Positions 37,516 through 49,128 of a DNA stretch of 64,000 bases are shown piece by piece (within the stretch, counting starts at the first letter, position 1; every line of letters starts with the position of its first letter). The DNA is taken from assembly GCA_951406725.2 (NCBI GenBank), contig OX597823.1, positions 117,056,001 through 117,120,000 on the forward strand. Reading direction: 5' to 3'. Source of the DNA: Octopus vulgaris (taxonomy: Eukaryota). The translations under genes and the position numbers were made by a program. The notes beneath the pieces were generated by a model. That model had not been told where the DNA came from. It was given only the letters and a program-made list of their open reading frames with translations, and did no database searches.

Positions 37516-39389
37516 ATAGACGCATACTACATGTGGAATTCTACTTTAAATGATAGTTTTAAAGTTGTCTCCCTTTCCCACTGAGATAAAAATGAACCTC
37601 CTGAGTTAATGCTTTCATTTCCTCATTAGGAATAGAATTTCAGTTAGTTACAATTAATTTAATTATTAGATGTTGCAAAGAGGGAGCAAGGTCTATTCAA
37701 ATATAAGGGAACACAAAATGGTCCTACTACTACTACTACTACTACTACTAGCAGCAGCAGTAGTAGTAGGATGTCTCTTGTTTATGGTGTTTTGAAGAGC
37801 ACTATTTCTATAAGTCAGTCATTGACATTATCATCATCATCAACATTGTCATCATTTTATGTCTGCTTTCCTGGCTGGCATGAGTTAGATGGTTCACCAA
37901 TCTTGAGTGATGGCATATTTTGGAATATTCATTTCGATGTGTCAGGGGACTACATCTCACTCACGATTCTCTCAGCTACCACATCTTCTTTCACTCAATC
38001 TCTCTCTCACACACACACACACACTCTCCCTCCGTTGCTCTCTCTCACTTCCTCTTCCCCTCTCTTTTACTTTCTCTCTCACCCCTCCCCTTACTCTCCC
38101 CCTCATGCACATCTCTCAACAGTGAGATACCATCACAGCCCTATTACATCAGTGCAACGCGTCAAATTTAAATAACTTCAACATTTACATTGCTTCTTTT
38201 TTATTATCTAAACACTTTGTCCCTTTGGTTTTATAGCAATTTAGCAGAGAGATGCTAAACTATCTCTGTATGCCAATCTTTTTTTTCTTAATGTAAATAA
38301 TTAAAAACTTATTGAATGAAAGCAAAAATCAATGGCTACAAATCACTTTAAAGTATATCTCAAATACAAATCAATCCCGTATGAAATTAATCTTCACAAA
38401 TGTTTGGCTCTTTTCCACCAATTATCTTCATCTTAAGCAGTTGGCAATGTTGTTTTAGAATGAGTTAATGTTGTTGCTGTTGTGGTTGTTGTTGTTTTTG
38501 TTATTACTGCTGTATTAGCAGTTCTTGCAATAGTCGTTACAGTTTTGGTAATAGTTGTATATACTATATATATAATTATATATACATACATACATATATA
38601 TTATGTGTATATATATTTAATGTACATATATAATGTGTGTGTGTATATATATATACATATATGTATATAAATATATATGTATATATATATATTTAATGAA
38701 CATATATAATGTGTGTGTGTGTGTGTATATATAAACATATATGTATATAAATATATATATATATATATATATACGCATATATATATTATGTAAATATATA
38801 TTTAATGTACATCTATAATGTGTGTGTGTATATATATATACATATATGTATATGAATATATATGTATGTATAAATATTTATATATATATACCCACACACA
38901 CATATATATTAGCATGGAAAGCGGACGTTAAACGATGATGATGATGATATATATATATAATGTACATATATGTATATATATATATATATACATGTACATG
39001 TGTGTGTGTGTGTGTGTGTTATATAAGTGAGAGAGTGAAGTTATTTTATATCAAATTTAGTTCATTTTCCTATATATTTTAATTTAATTCCATTTTAGTG
39101 GTATGGGTATGGATGTTCTGTATTGATTCCTGTAATGATAACAGCATCAGCTACACTCTGCTGCCTAATTAATGTGAAGGCATATCCCCACCTTTCCCAC
39201 TGGCCACACCACATGCACACACACACACACACACACACACACACCATACTGGTACCCACATCATACCCACTTGACACCTATTTTGCAACACATTCACTTC
39301 AATGTGAGTATTCTACTTTAATGATTGTGTCACGTTGCATGGTTTGTTGTGTGTCAGATATAACAGACCAGTGTTGTTGTGACTGTCTA

Positions 39390-40580
39390 ACATTCTACCA
39401 ACATTCTACCAATTCTACCATATGCATCTCAGTATTCTACCAATATTCTCAGTATTCTTATTTCTTTACTGCCCACAAGGGGCCACACACGGAGGGGACA
39501 AACAAGGACAGACAAACGGAGTAAGTTGATTACATCGACCCTAGTGCGTAACTGGTACTTATTTAATCAACCCCGAAAGGATGAAAGGCAAAGTCGACCA
39601 CTGCGGAATTTGAACTCAGAACGTAACGACAGACGAAATACCTCTAAGAATTCCGCCCAGCATGCTAACAATTCTGCCAGCTCACTGCCTTCTTACTACA
39701 CACACATGGTAAAAATTAAGTAATTGCCTAATATATACACATGACAAGTTTCTATCAGTTTCCACCAACCAAATACAAACAGATTAAGTCGATTACATCG
39801 ACCCCAGTGCATTACTGGTACTTATTTAATCGACCCCCAAAAGGATGAAAGGCAAAGTTGACCTTGGTGGAATTTGAACTCAGAATGTAACGGCAGACGA
39901 AATACTGCAAAGCATTTCGCCCGGTGTGCTACCATTTCTGCCAGCTCACCGCCAATATTCTCAGTATTCTACCTAGTTTATCTCTGCAGTTGGTCCATTA
40001 TTCTACCAATTCTTATAACTATTATCTACCTGCTTCTGAAAATGGTTTAACATTCTGCCAATTCTATCATATACTTCTCTCTGAAATTGGTCCAGTATTC
40101 TACCAATTTTGTCCAGTATCCTACCACTTATGCCATCTAGTCTATTTCTGCAGTTGATCCATCATTCTACTAACTCTTCTATCTATTATCTACCTCTTTC
40201 TGAAAATGGCTTAACATTCTACCAATTCTTCCATATACTTTTCTTTGAAATTGATCCAGTGTTCTACCAATTTTGCCTCCTTGTCTATCTCTGTGGTTTG
40301 TCCTTCATTCTACTAACTCTTCTATCTGTTATCTACCTCCTTATGAAAATGGTTTAAGATTCTACTAATTCTAATTCTACCATATATTTACCTCTGAAAA
40401 TGGTCCAACATACCACTAATTCTACCATCTACCTCTGTCTGAAATTAGTCCAACATTCTACCAGTTCTACCATCTATTAACCTCTGGAAAATAGCCAAAC
40501 TCTCTACTAATTCTACCATCGACTTCACTCAGCAGTTAGTGCAGTATTCTACAAGTTCTACCATCCACCACCTCTATAAT
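39390..40580. repeat. Diverged ~40-bp minisatellite (ATTCTACCAATT..CTGAAAATGG) interrupted by SINE-A copies
   Basis: Recurrent ATTCTAC(C/T)AA motif and CTGAAA(A/T)TGG motif. Confidence 0.7.
39459..39953 (-). mobile_element. Two SINE-A copies plus a linker, bracketed by one 17-bp direct repeat
   Basis: AATATTCTCAGTATTCT at 39442-39458 and 39954-39970. Confidence 0.7.
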
Positions 40581-41305
40581 CCATAAGGATAATATCCATG
40601 ACAATATGCATTATTACACTGTCAAAATTAGCACTGGCACCATCAAGCTGTCATTTTATGCAACAGATTGCACACAGATTTGATAAAGCAATGGCTAATT
40701 AAAAACATCATTAGAGAATAGATGTCATTATATTTTTCTGAAGTGCCTACTAACAATGGAAATTTTTTGTTTGTTTCCATAGAAATACATGATGCCAGAC
40801 ACATAAACCACACTCATATATGAATGTGATTATCATAGTGATGATGATGATGATGATGATGATTGAATCTTGCCTTAGATTTTTGTCTGCTGTTAAACTA
40901 TTATGAGACCATCTTAAGAAAACACGTCATTTACAAAAAAACATCAATAGCATTGTTTCTATTTTATTTAGTTTGGTAATATTTTTCTACATTTTAAAAA
41001 AATATTTTGCTTCTTTTTTATCACCATTAATTTATACATTTTTGTTTTATTTAACAATTTATATTTTAAGTATGAAGATTGAATGTAAGAAATATCTAAT
41101 TTTTTACAAAAATTATTTTATCCCAATTTAAACTGAATCTAGTATAGAATTAAAAATAAATTACAGAGATATAAATACAAATATTGTTGTAGTGTGAAAC
41201 TTAAGATGAGTTATAAATTTTCAGTTTCAGTTAACCATATACTCTATAGTGTGTACTGAGTACTCCTTTGTCCATTTGTTCAGCACACATCAGCATATGA
41301 ATGTA

Positions 41306-41508
41306 CAAGGGGGTACTGAAAAGTTCCTGATTTTAAGGGTATCATGAAAGGCCTAGTTCTGAGTTCTTTTACGGGGCTGAGAAAAACTAAAGGACCGTTA
41401 CAATAAATGTGTGAATCTGAGAGGGGAATATATTGAATAAAATCATAATTAACTGATCCTCCTGTATTTTCTTTTACCTAAACCCTGGAATTTTTCAGTG
41501 CTCCTTCC
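41306..41508 (+). mobile_element. Mariner-derived MITE
   Basis: TA-flanked degenerate TIRs (CAAGGGGGTACTGAAAAGTTCCTG / CTGGAATTTTTCAGTGCTCCTTCC); internal stretch encodes KLKDRYNKCVNLRGEYIE* like a mariner C-terminus. Confidence 0.6.
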
Positions 41509-41962
41509 TATAAAATTACAAAGCAAACTTCTAGACCACACAGCCATTAGCATATATTAAAGAAATGCTATACGTATATAAACATATATATGTGCTCACT
41601 CAGTTTTTTGTCATGTAAATTCCATCAAGATTTGCTCAGCCTGGGGTTGTAGTAGAAAACACTTGTTCCAGTTGTATGCAATAGGACTGAACCCAAAATC
41701 ATGTGCCTGGAAAGCAAACTTCTTAATTGCACAGGTATGTACATAAATACAAGCGTACAAACATACACATACATACATGCATACATACACGCACACATAC
41801 ATACATACATACATATAAATATAAGAAAAAATGGGATTAAAAAATCCTGGCAAAAATCAAGTAAGCACTCAGTATAAAGGAATACTGTTAAATTTTCAAC
41901 AAGTAGACATCAGTAAGGCATGATCGGAAATAAATATATGATTTTCTTCATACATATTATTG

Positions 41963-41995
<33 letters not shown>

Positions 41996-41998
<3 letters not shown>

Positions 41999-42371
41999 TA
42001 TATAAAATCCGTTCTGTCTGTCTGTCTGTATGTGTGTAGCTTCTAGGATCTCGGACATTCCCCATCCGATTGTGCTCAAATTTGATATGTAGATACCGAC
42101 GGTATCAGGGTGTGTATAAGTCTTGAAAAAATTACAAAAATCGATTCCAGGTTAGAATGCGATCAATAAAGCCGTGGGAAATCATTTTTCTTTGGAATAG
42201 AAAAAAAAAGTCTATCTTTATTTCTTCTTTTGTCGGTGTCCCAAATTTAGGTTAAATCAGTGTTTCTCAAAGGGGAGGCCTATGGGACGGTCAGACAAGT
42301 TCTTTTGAGAAAATTCGGTTTAAATGTTTGACAACTCAGCACTGTCCATTGGAGGGGGGGCGTTTTGCTCG
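41996..42371 (+). mobile_element. Non-autonomous Helitron
   Basis: A|TCTTATATAAAATCCGTTCTGTCTGTCTG start; ends ..CTGTCCATTGGAGG..GCTCG|T; homologous to 16742-17298. Confidence 0.7.
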
Positions 42372-42455
42372 TAATATATATGTATATATATGTACACATA
42401 TATATACATTTAAATACTCATATAAACATTTATATATGTATACATATATATATAC

Positions 42456-42505
<50 letters not shown>

Positions 42506-43140
42506 TTATATATATATATAGTTCATATATATATGTATACATACATACATACATACATATAATACATATAAATATGTGTGTGTTTGTATATATATATCTT
42601 AGATCCTGGTGGGATATTTCTAGAGAAGCACTCAACACAAATACTGGGTTATCAATACTTTTGGCTTCTAGAGCAATGCCAAAATTCTTCAATTATAGAA
42701 AATCCTAGTTTTACATTAGTAAGACCTTTGTATTGGTTTGATAAAGAGTAAATTATAATCTAAATAATAAGATAGAGAAATTCTTTAACACATCTCTGAT
42801 GATTCCTTACAATTGTTTCTGTACCAGCTCTGCTTGCAACACCAGTTTATGCAAAAATTCATAGTAGAAAGTTATGTAATGTTTGTAGTTTCAGACATTA
42901 GCATGGCACTTCGTCAGACTTGCATCAAACTAAAATATATTACATGATAGTTCTGAGCGTTACTGTTGTACAAACAGTCTTATTCATTTCCAATATTCTG
43001 TGAAAAAATGTCTGGCCATGGGAAACTACAAACTTGGAAACAGATGAAGGTTGACAACAGAAAGAGTATCCAGCCGTTGAAAATCTGCCTCAACAAACGC
43101 AGTCCAACCTATGCAGGCTTAGAAAAATGGACGTTAAAAC

Positions 43141-43171
<31 letters not shown>

Positions 43172-43406
43172 GTGTGTGTGTGTGTTAAACAAAGAATGAC
43201 ATATAACTAATGTTTAGACCTCCATGTGTTCCATTATAGATCCATTAGTGAAGAGAGGTAGAATTATTTTTTGAAATCTTTTGCTGCTGTTTTCCGTCAA
43301 TATTTTAAATGCAGAATACATATATATTAACAAGAATGGAAATAAGTTTTTTGTGCTTACTCAAGGCATTCTTGTACATCTTTCATTATAAAAAATACCT
43401 TCTATA

Positions 43407-43641
43407 CAAGGTATTACCCAATAATCAGATTGCACCATTAGATCATCAGAAATTATATACAAAATGAAAAATTAACCTTATGTTCAACAGATACATCATT
43501 TTCACAGAATCTGCAGAAGTCAGATTCTGTAGAAACAATGAGTCTGTGAAACTAATATAAAGTCAATTAAGGCTAAGTTTTCATTTGTTATACAATTTCT
43601 GATGAATTGATGGTGCAATCTGATTGTAATGTAATACCTTG
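43407..43641. repeat. Imperfect fold-back palindrome
   Basis: Arms 43407-43480 and 43568-43641, plus inner hairpin ACAGAATCTG/CAGATTCTGT. Confidence 0.8.
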
Positions 43642-43698
43642 AGTAACAGACATTTTCATTAATGAAACATGCGTAAGAATGTATTTGATAAATTCCAG

Positions 43699-43789
<91 letters not shown>

Positions 43790-43966
43790 GCTAGCTAGCT
43801 AGCTGTCTATCAATCTATCTATCTATCTATTTATCTCTGTTTGTATGTATGATGTATGTGTGTGTATGTATGTATGTATACATACACACACACACATACT
43901 CAAACTCACAAACACATACATATTCAGATAGACAGACAGATAGAAAAAGTGCAGAAAAAACATAAA

Positions 43967-44336
43967 TTTCACAAATAGCTCATAACTTAATTAAATTCAA
44001 CAGCTGTTTCATTAGCAGTAAACATCATTAATTCCATAGATATATAATTAAGATATTTAATTAATTAAATGATTGTAGATTAAATTAATTTTGTTTATCC
44101 CCATTCAGCAAGCATATTATGAGTGTTAATCAGAATCCATTATTGAAATAGATTCTGAATAATGTAACCAGAAATATTCTCAATAATTGGAGATAAACAT
44201 CATTTTCACTTTATTTAATTAAAATTAATTTAATTTGATTAAATACATATCTTAATTAAGTAATTATGGAATTAATGATGCTCATTGCTAATGAAACAGC
44301 TATTGAGTGTAATTAAATTATGAGATATTTATGAAA
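43967..44336. repeat. Diverged inverted repeat (~120-bp arms, ~130-bp spacer)
   Basis: Arms 43967-44092 and 44221-44336 align as reverse complements. Confidence 0.75.
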
Positions 44337-44574
44337 CTTCTGCTTTTTATTCTGCTTTTTATTTGAAATATGCTACTCTAAATGATCATTTTAACTGAGT
44401 ATCTATTTACCTGTTAGGCATTCCTCCACCTGGATTTACTACAATGGTATAATATATTGGAGTTTAATGACCTATTGTTTGAACCCTAATTATCATGCAT
44501 ATATTTTTTGATGTTTATACACCACTTCTCTCTCCCTACCCCCCTCTCTCTCTCTTTCTCTATATATATATATA

Positions 44575-45050
44575 TCGTTCGTTGTTTAACGTCCGCTTTC
44601 CATGCTAGCATGGGTTGGATGATTTTGACTGAGGGCTGGTGAACCAGATGGCTGCACCAGGCTTCAATCTTGATCTGGCAGAGTTTCTACAGCTGGAAGA
44701 TGCCTTTCCTAATACCAACCACTCCGAGAGTGTAGTGGGTGCTTTTTACATGCCACAGGCACGGGGGCCAGTCAGGCAGTACTGGCAACGACCTTGCTCG
44801 AATATTTTACACATGCCACCAGCGTGGATGCCAGTAAGGTGATGCTGGTAACGATCACGCTTGAATGGTGTTTTTTACGTGCGACCGGCATGGAGGCCAG
44901 ATAGCCACTCTGGCAACAATCACGCTCGGATGGTGCTCTTAATACTCTACTAGCACGGGGCTCGAGTGCCAGTAGTATGACGCTGGTAATGATCACGCTC
45001 GAACGATGCCTTCTAAGTGCCACTGGCACAGAAGCCGGTTAGCCACTCTG
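44575..45050 (-). mobile_element. RTE 3'-tail repeat (family D) with 4-5 diverged ~60-70-bp hairpin units
   Basis: Family D end plus recurring GTGCCACCGGCAC..GCCAG-loop-CTGGC..GCTCGGATGGTG-like frame. Confidence 0.75.
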
Positions 45051-45149
45051 TCATATATATTTATAAATAAGGATAAGATCGATATTTAAATATCGATTTC
45101 ATCAAGTGGCCAGCATGAGAATGAAAACCTTACAAAGGTAATAATTATT

Positions 45150-45382
45150 TAAAATTATAAATTAGGGTACCTGAGAGATACCACTATACTGAAATAGCAG
45201 TCAAAACCTGACCCTAAAGCCACATTAAATGTTCATATAGGAGAGTAGACAGAGATACAAAATAAACTAGCAAATGTCTACTCTCCTAGTGCTATATGAA
45301 CATCTAATGTGGCTTTAGGGTCATGTTTTGACTGCTATTTCAGTATAGTGGTATCTCTCAGGTACCCTAATTTATAATTTTA
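45150..45382. repeat. Near-perfect fold-back palindrome
   Basis: Arms 45150-45251 and 45275-45382; 2 mismatches and one 6-nt indel. Confidence 0.9.
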
Positions 45383-45400
45383 CATGTATATATATATATA

Positions 45401-45806
45401 CTCTTTTACTTGTTTCAGTCTTGTGACTGTGGCCATGCTGGAGCACCACCTTTAGTTGAGCAAATTGACCCCGGGACTTATTCTTTGTAAGCCTAGTACT
45501 TATTCTATCGATCTCTTTTGCCAAACCACTAAGTTACAGGGACATGAACACACCACCATCAGTTGTCAAGTGACAGTGGGGGGACAAACATATATACACA
45601 CATATACATACATACATACATACATATATATATATACACATATATACGATGGGATTCTTTCAGTTTCCATCTACCAAAGCCACTCACAAGGCTTTGATCA
45701 GCCCGAGGCTATAGTAGAAGACACTTGCCCAAGGTGCCACACAGTGGGACTGAACCCAGAACCATGTAGTTGGTAAGCAAGCTACTTACTACACAGCCAC
45801 TCCTAC
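45401..45806 (-). mobile_element. Bipartite SINE-B with internal microsatellite
   Basis: Same architecture as 7308-7739. Confidence 0.8.
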
Positions 45807-47079
45807 ACCTATATGAAATATATATATATATATATATCTGTATGAAATATAAAGAAAGAGAGAAGGAATATTTTATACACTCCTAATGTAACAATTATTA
45901 CCAGTTGGATTTGCTGGATTTCAACTGCATCCAACTCTACATTAGATCCCTTTGTTTTGTTTTTGTTTATTCTGTGGTCTGTAGCCTGATCCATTTAAGG
46001 AGCTTTTCTATGAGTACCACAAAACTTGCTAAACCATGGGTAAGATGGTTTGACTGGAGCTGGTAAGCCAGAGAGCTGCACAAGGCTCCAGTCTGTTTCA
46101 GCTTAGTTTTTATAGCTGGATGCCCTTCATAATGCCCACCACTCCACAGAGTATATTGGGTACCTTTTATGTGTCACCTGCACAAGTGCTTTTTACATGT
46201 CATCAGCATGGGTATCTTTCATATGTCACAGGCATATCTATATTTACACATACACACACACACACACACACACAGATATGAACACAGACACATAGCTTAA
46301 CTTGAATGACATATGGAAAATATACCATGGCATCTGCATCAACCTGCTCAGACAATGTTCCCTGTTTACCAGAAGTTTCAGACTTGACATTCTGCCAGTA
46401 TTCCAATATAGCTGGAATTGGTTAACTCCACATTAAAATCCAGTCAAATTAAAAACCGATTGGCCATTCTAAATAAAGATAGATTGTCAGCACAGAATTA
46501 GGCTGTTTACAAATGTCTTCTCACAAACGTTGCTATTTTAGTGGTTGTTTTGAATAGGTTTTTCCAATTTTTCAACCACGGAGCTCATGGCAGCTGAACA
46601 CTTCTAGCAGACTTTGTTTACAACACAAAGACATAGATTATTTAAAACTGATGAGATACTGCAACTTCTATATTACATTCTGATAAATATCAGCAGGAGA
46701 TGGATAAAACTTATCCAGGGGATGACTTAAAATTAGTTGATGGTGATATCATTCGAGTGGTTGGTGATAATGATGCATACCAACAAAATCACACACACTG
46801 ATTGTTAATCAAGTGATGGTATTGGTGGTTGCAGTATTAGTATTAGATTCCTAGATTACCAATTCCAGATAATATACTCAATTTTTTTATGCTTTTATTT
46901 AGCAGTTTTCAGTCAATCTCTTTATTTGTGATGTGTTTGTGAGTTGATATATGTTCTGACTGAGGAGTTCAATTACTGACACTGGTTGTTTCCCCATACT
47001 TAGAACTGATGAGGTTGAAAATACACATAATACATAGTCGTCATATATATGTGTGTGTGTGTGTATGCATATATATATA

Positions 47080-47304
47080 TATTGGCTCAATGGGTTCCTC
47101 ACAAACGTTCCAGGTCATTCAAATAACTCTTTTGTCTTAATAACAGTCAATCACACAGAAATTCCCCTTTGTTTTAACAGTCATTTTCATAGCATTTCTT
47201 CTGATGGCTGGATAACTGAAGAGATGGGGGCATGGATTTCCACCCGGACATCCAAAACTCAGAGTTTTATCATGGCTACCAAATAATTGTCTCATATTAC
47301 ATTT

Positions 47305-47310
<6 letters not shown>
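47080..47310 (+). mobile_element. Single-arm relative of the 52750-52985 palindrome with decayed HHR motif
   Basis: 47192-47308 aligns with 52868-52984; GAUAA-CUGAAGA..[A]AAAC-UCAGA-GUU-UUAUC at 47211-47271; (TA)n flanks. Confidence 0.7.
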
Positions 47311-47353
<43 letters not shown>

Positions 47354-47689
47354 AAATAAGAAAATATATATATATATATATTGTTGAGTGAATGTTAGGA
47401 AGGGCATCCAGCTGTAAAAATCCTGCGAAAACAGTCTCAGAAGTTTGGTGCCTGGTCAGCTCCTGTCAAACCATCCCACTCATGCCAGCATGGAAGGTGG
47501 ACGTTAAACGATGGGGATGATTATGATATACATGATGATGTTATTTTATTGAAATAGGAATTCATCTAAGAATATATTTATTAAATCAAATTCTATTTTA
47601 TCCTTGTGTGTGTACAGGTTATGCTCTGCCCCTCCAATGCCTTTTTTACATTATTATTATTATTATCATTATCATCATCATTATTGAGT

Positions 47690-48238
47690 GAGAGAGCAGT
47701 GCATGCCATCAAAGTGACACTGGGGTAAAATATATGAAGCCCAGTATACCCATCATGATTACCCGTCTGATAAGGGTACACTAGGCATATGCACCACAAC
47801 CATATGTGCGCAACATGGTGATCTCATATCAGGATAAACAGCACATGACCTTGCAGGTGGAGCCCAGTCAGAATTTCCATCTGGTCAAGTAGCCCATCCT
47901 GATCAAAAGGTCTCTGAATAAGGATTGTTTAAGGATGTTGAATGAAACCCCCATGTTTCCAAAGGTGAATTATTCAAACCCCAAAGAATCCCTCTCAACA
48001 CTGGCTTTATGATGCTCCCCCATTACTTCTGCTTGTGATCAGAGATGCACATATCGTCAGCCACTAAGGGACATGCTCAACTGGTTATGGTCAAACAACT
48101 GACAAGCAAATCTGGCATTGAGCTGAATATTTGCTGTAACCCATCTTTTATACCAAGACAAAACAATGTATATGATAACACTTCCAATCAGTTAAGGTCA
48201 GAAGCCATGAGAGCCACTGCCTGGCACTGTATCAGGGC

Positions 48239-48240
<2 letters not shown>
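47690..48240. other. Unclassified ~550-bp segment between two (ATT/ATC)n tracts, probably an interspersed repeat
   Basis: Higher complexity and GC than flanks; single copy in the window; no ORF. Confidence 0.3.
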
Positions 48241-48277
<37 letters not shown>

Positions 48278-48898
48278 CATTATTATCATTATTATTATTA
48301 TCATTATTATTATTATTATAATCATTGACATTATTGGGAAAAACACATTCAATCTCAGCTATGTAAGATCTCAGAATCTTTACATTGTTTTACCAAATTG
48401 GTATGTATCTGGTTACAGAATTTTTTTTGTCACTTACACAGAGAAATGAACCTGCTTATTTTTGGGGGCAGTTTCTCTATTTTGCATGATCTTCATCTTC
48501 CATAACATGCAAGCTATCAAATTTAAAATTTTGTTTTGTGAAATCGTCTGTATTTCTTGAAAAATAAACATGAATCCCTTTGGAGAAATAACATTCACTG
48601 GGAACAAATAACACACAAGGAGCGAAAGATTACTTAATTGAAACAAAGAGAGAGAGAAAACGCACACACACAAAGGTATGTGTCAATGTCTGCTATTAGA
48701 AATAGTTGTGTTGTTTCTATGACAATGACAGATTACATTAAAGAAAATTTGCTGTTGTCTGCTTTGAATCAATTTACCGATAAGGCAAAAAGACATAACC
48801 ACAATGACAACATCAGTTAAACAGCGGCAAGAACAACAACACTGGAAAGAGTAACAAGACTAATGGGGTTAAGGCAACTTCAATGAAGAATACCCCCA

Positions 48899-49128
48899 TT
48901 TCTTTACTACCCACGAGGGGCTAAACACAGAGAGAACAAACAATGACAGGCAAGCAGATTAAGTCGATTATATCGACCCCAGTGCGTAACTGGTACTTAT
49001 TTAATCGACCCCAAAAGAATGAAAGGCAAAGTCGACCTCAGCGGAATTTGAACTCAGAACGTAGAGACAGACGAAATACTGCAAAGCATTTCGCCCAGCG
49101 TGCTAACATTTCTGCCAGCTCACCGCCT
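48899..49128 (-). mobile_element. SINE-A with 14-bp TSD
   Basis: AATGAAGAATACCC at 48882-48895 and 49131-49144. Confidence 0.9.

Noticed and set aside
42885-42925. Minus-strand CTGACGA..GAAAC
   Set aside because: No helix II pairing and no NUH/helix III partner
46955-47000. CTGAGGAG..CTGACAC..GTT hammerhead-like string
   Set aside because: The GAAA core is absent
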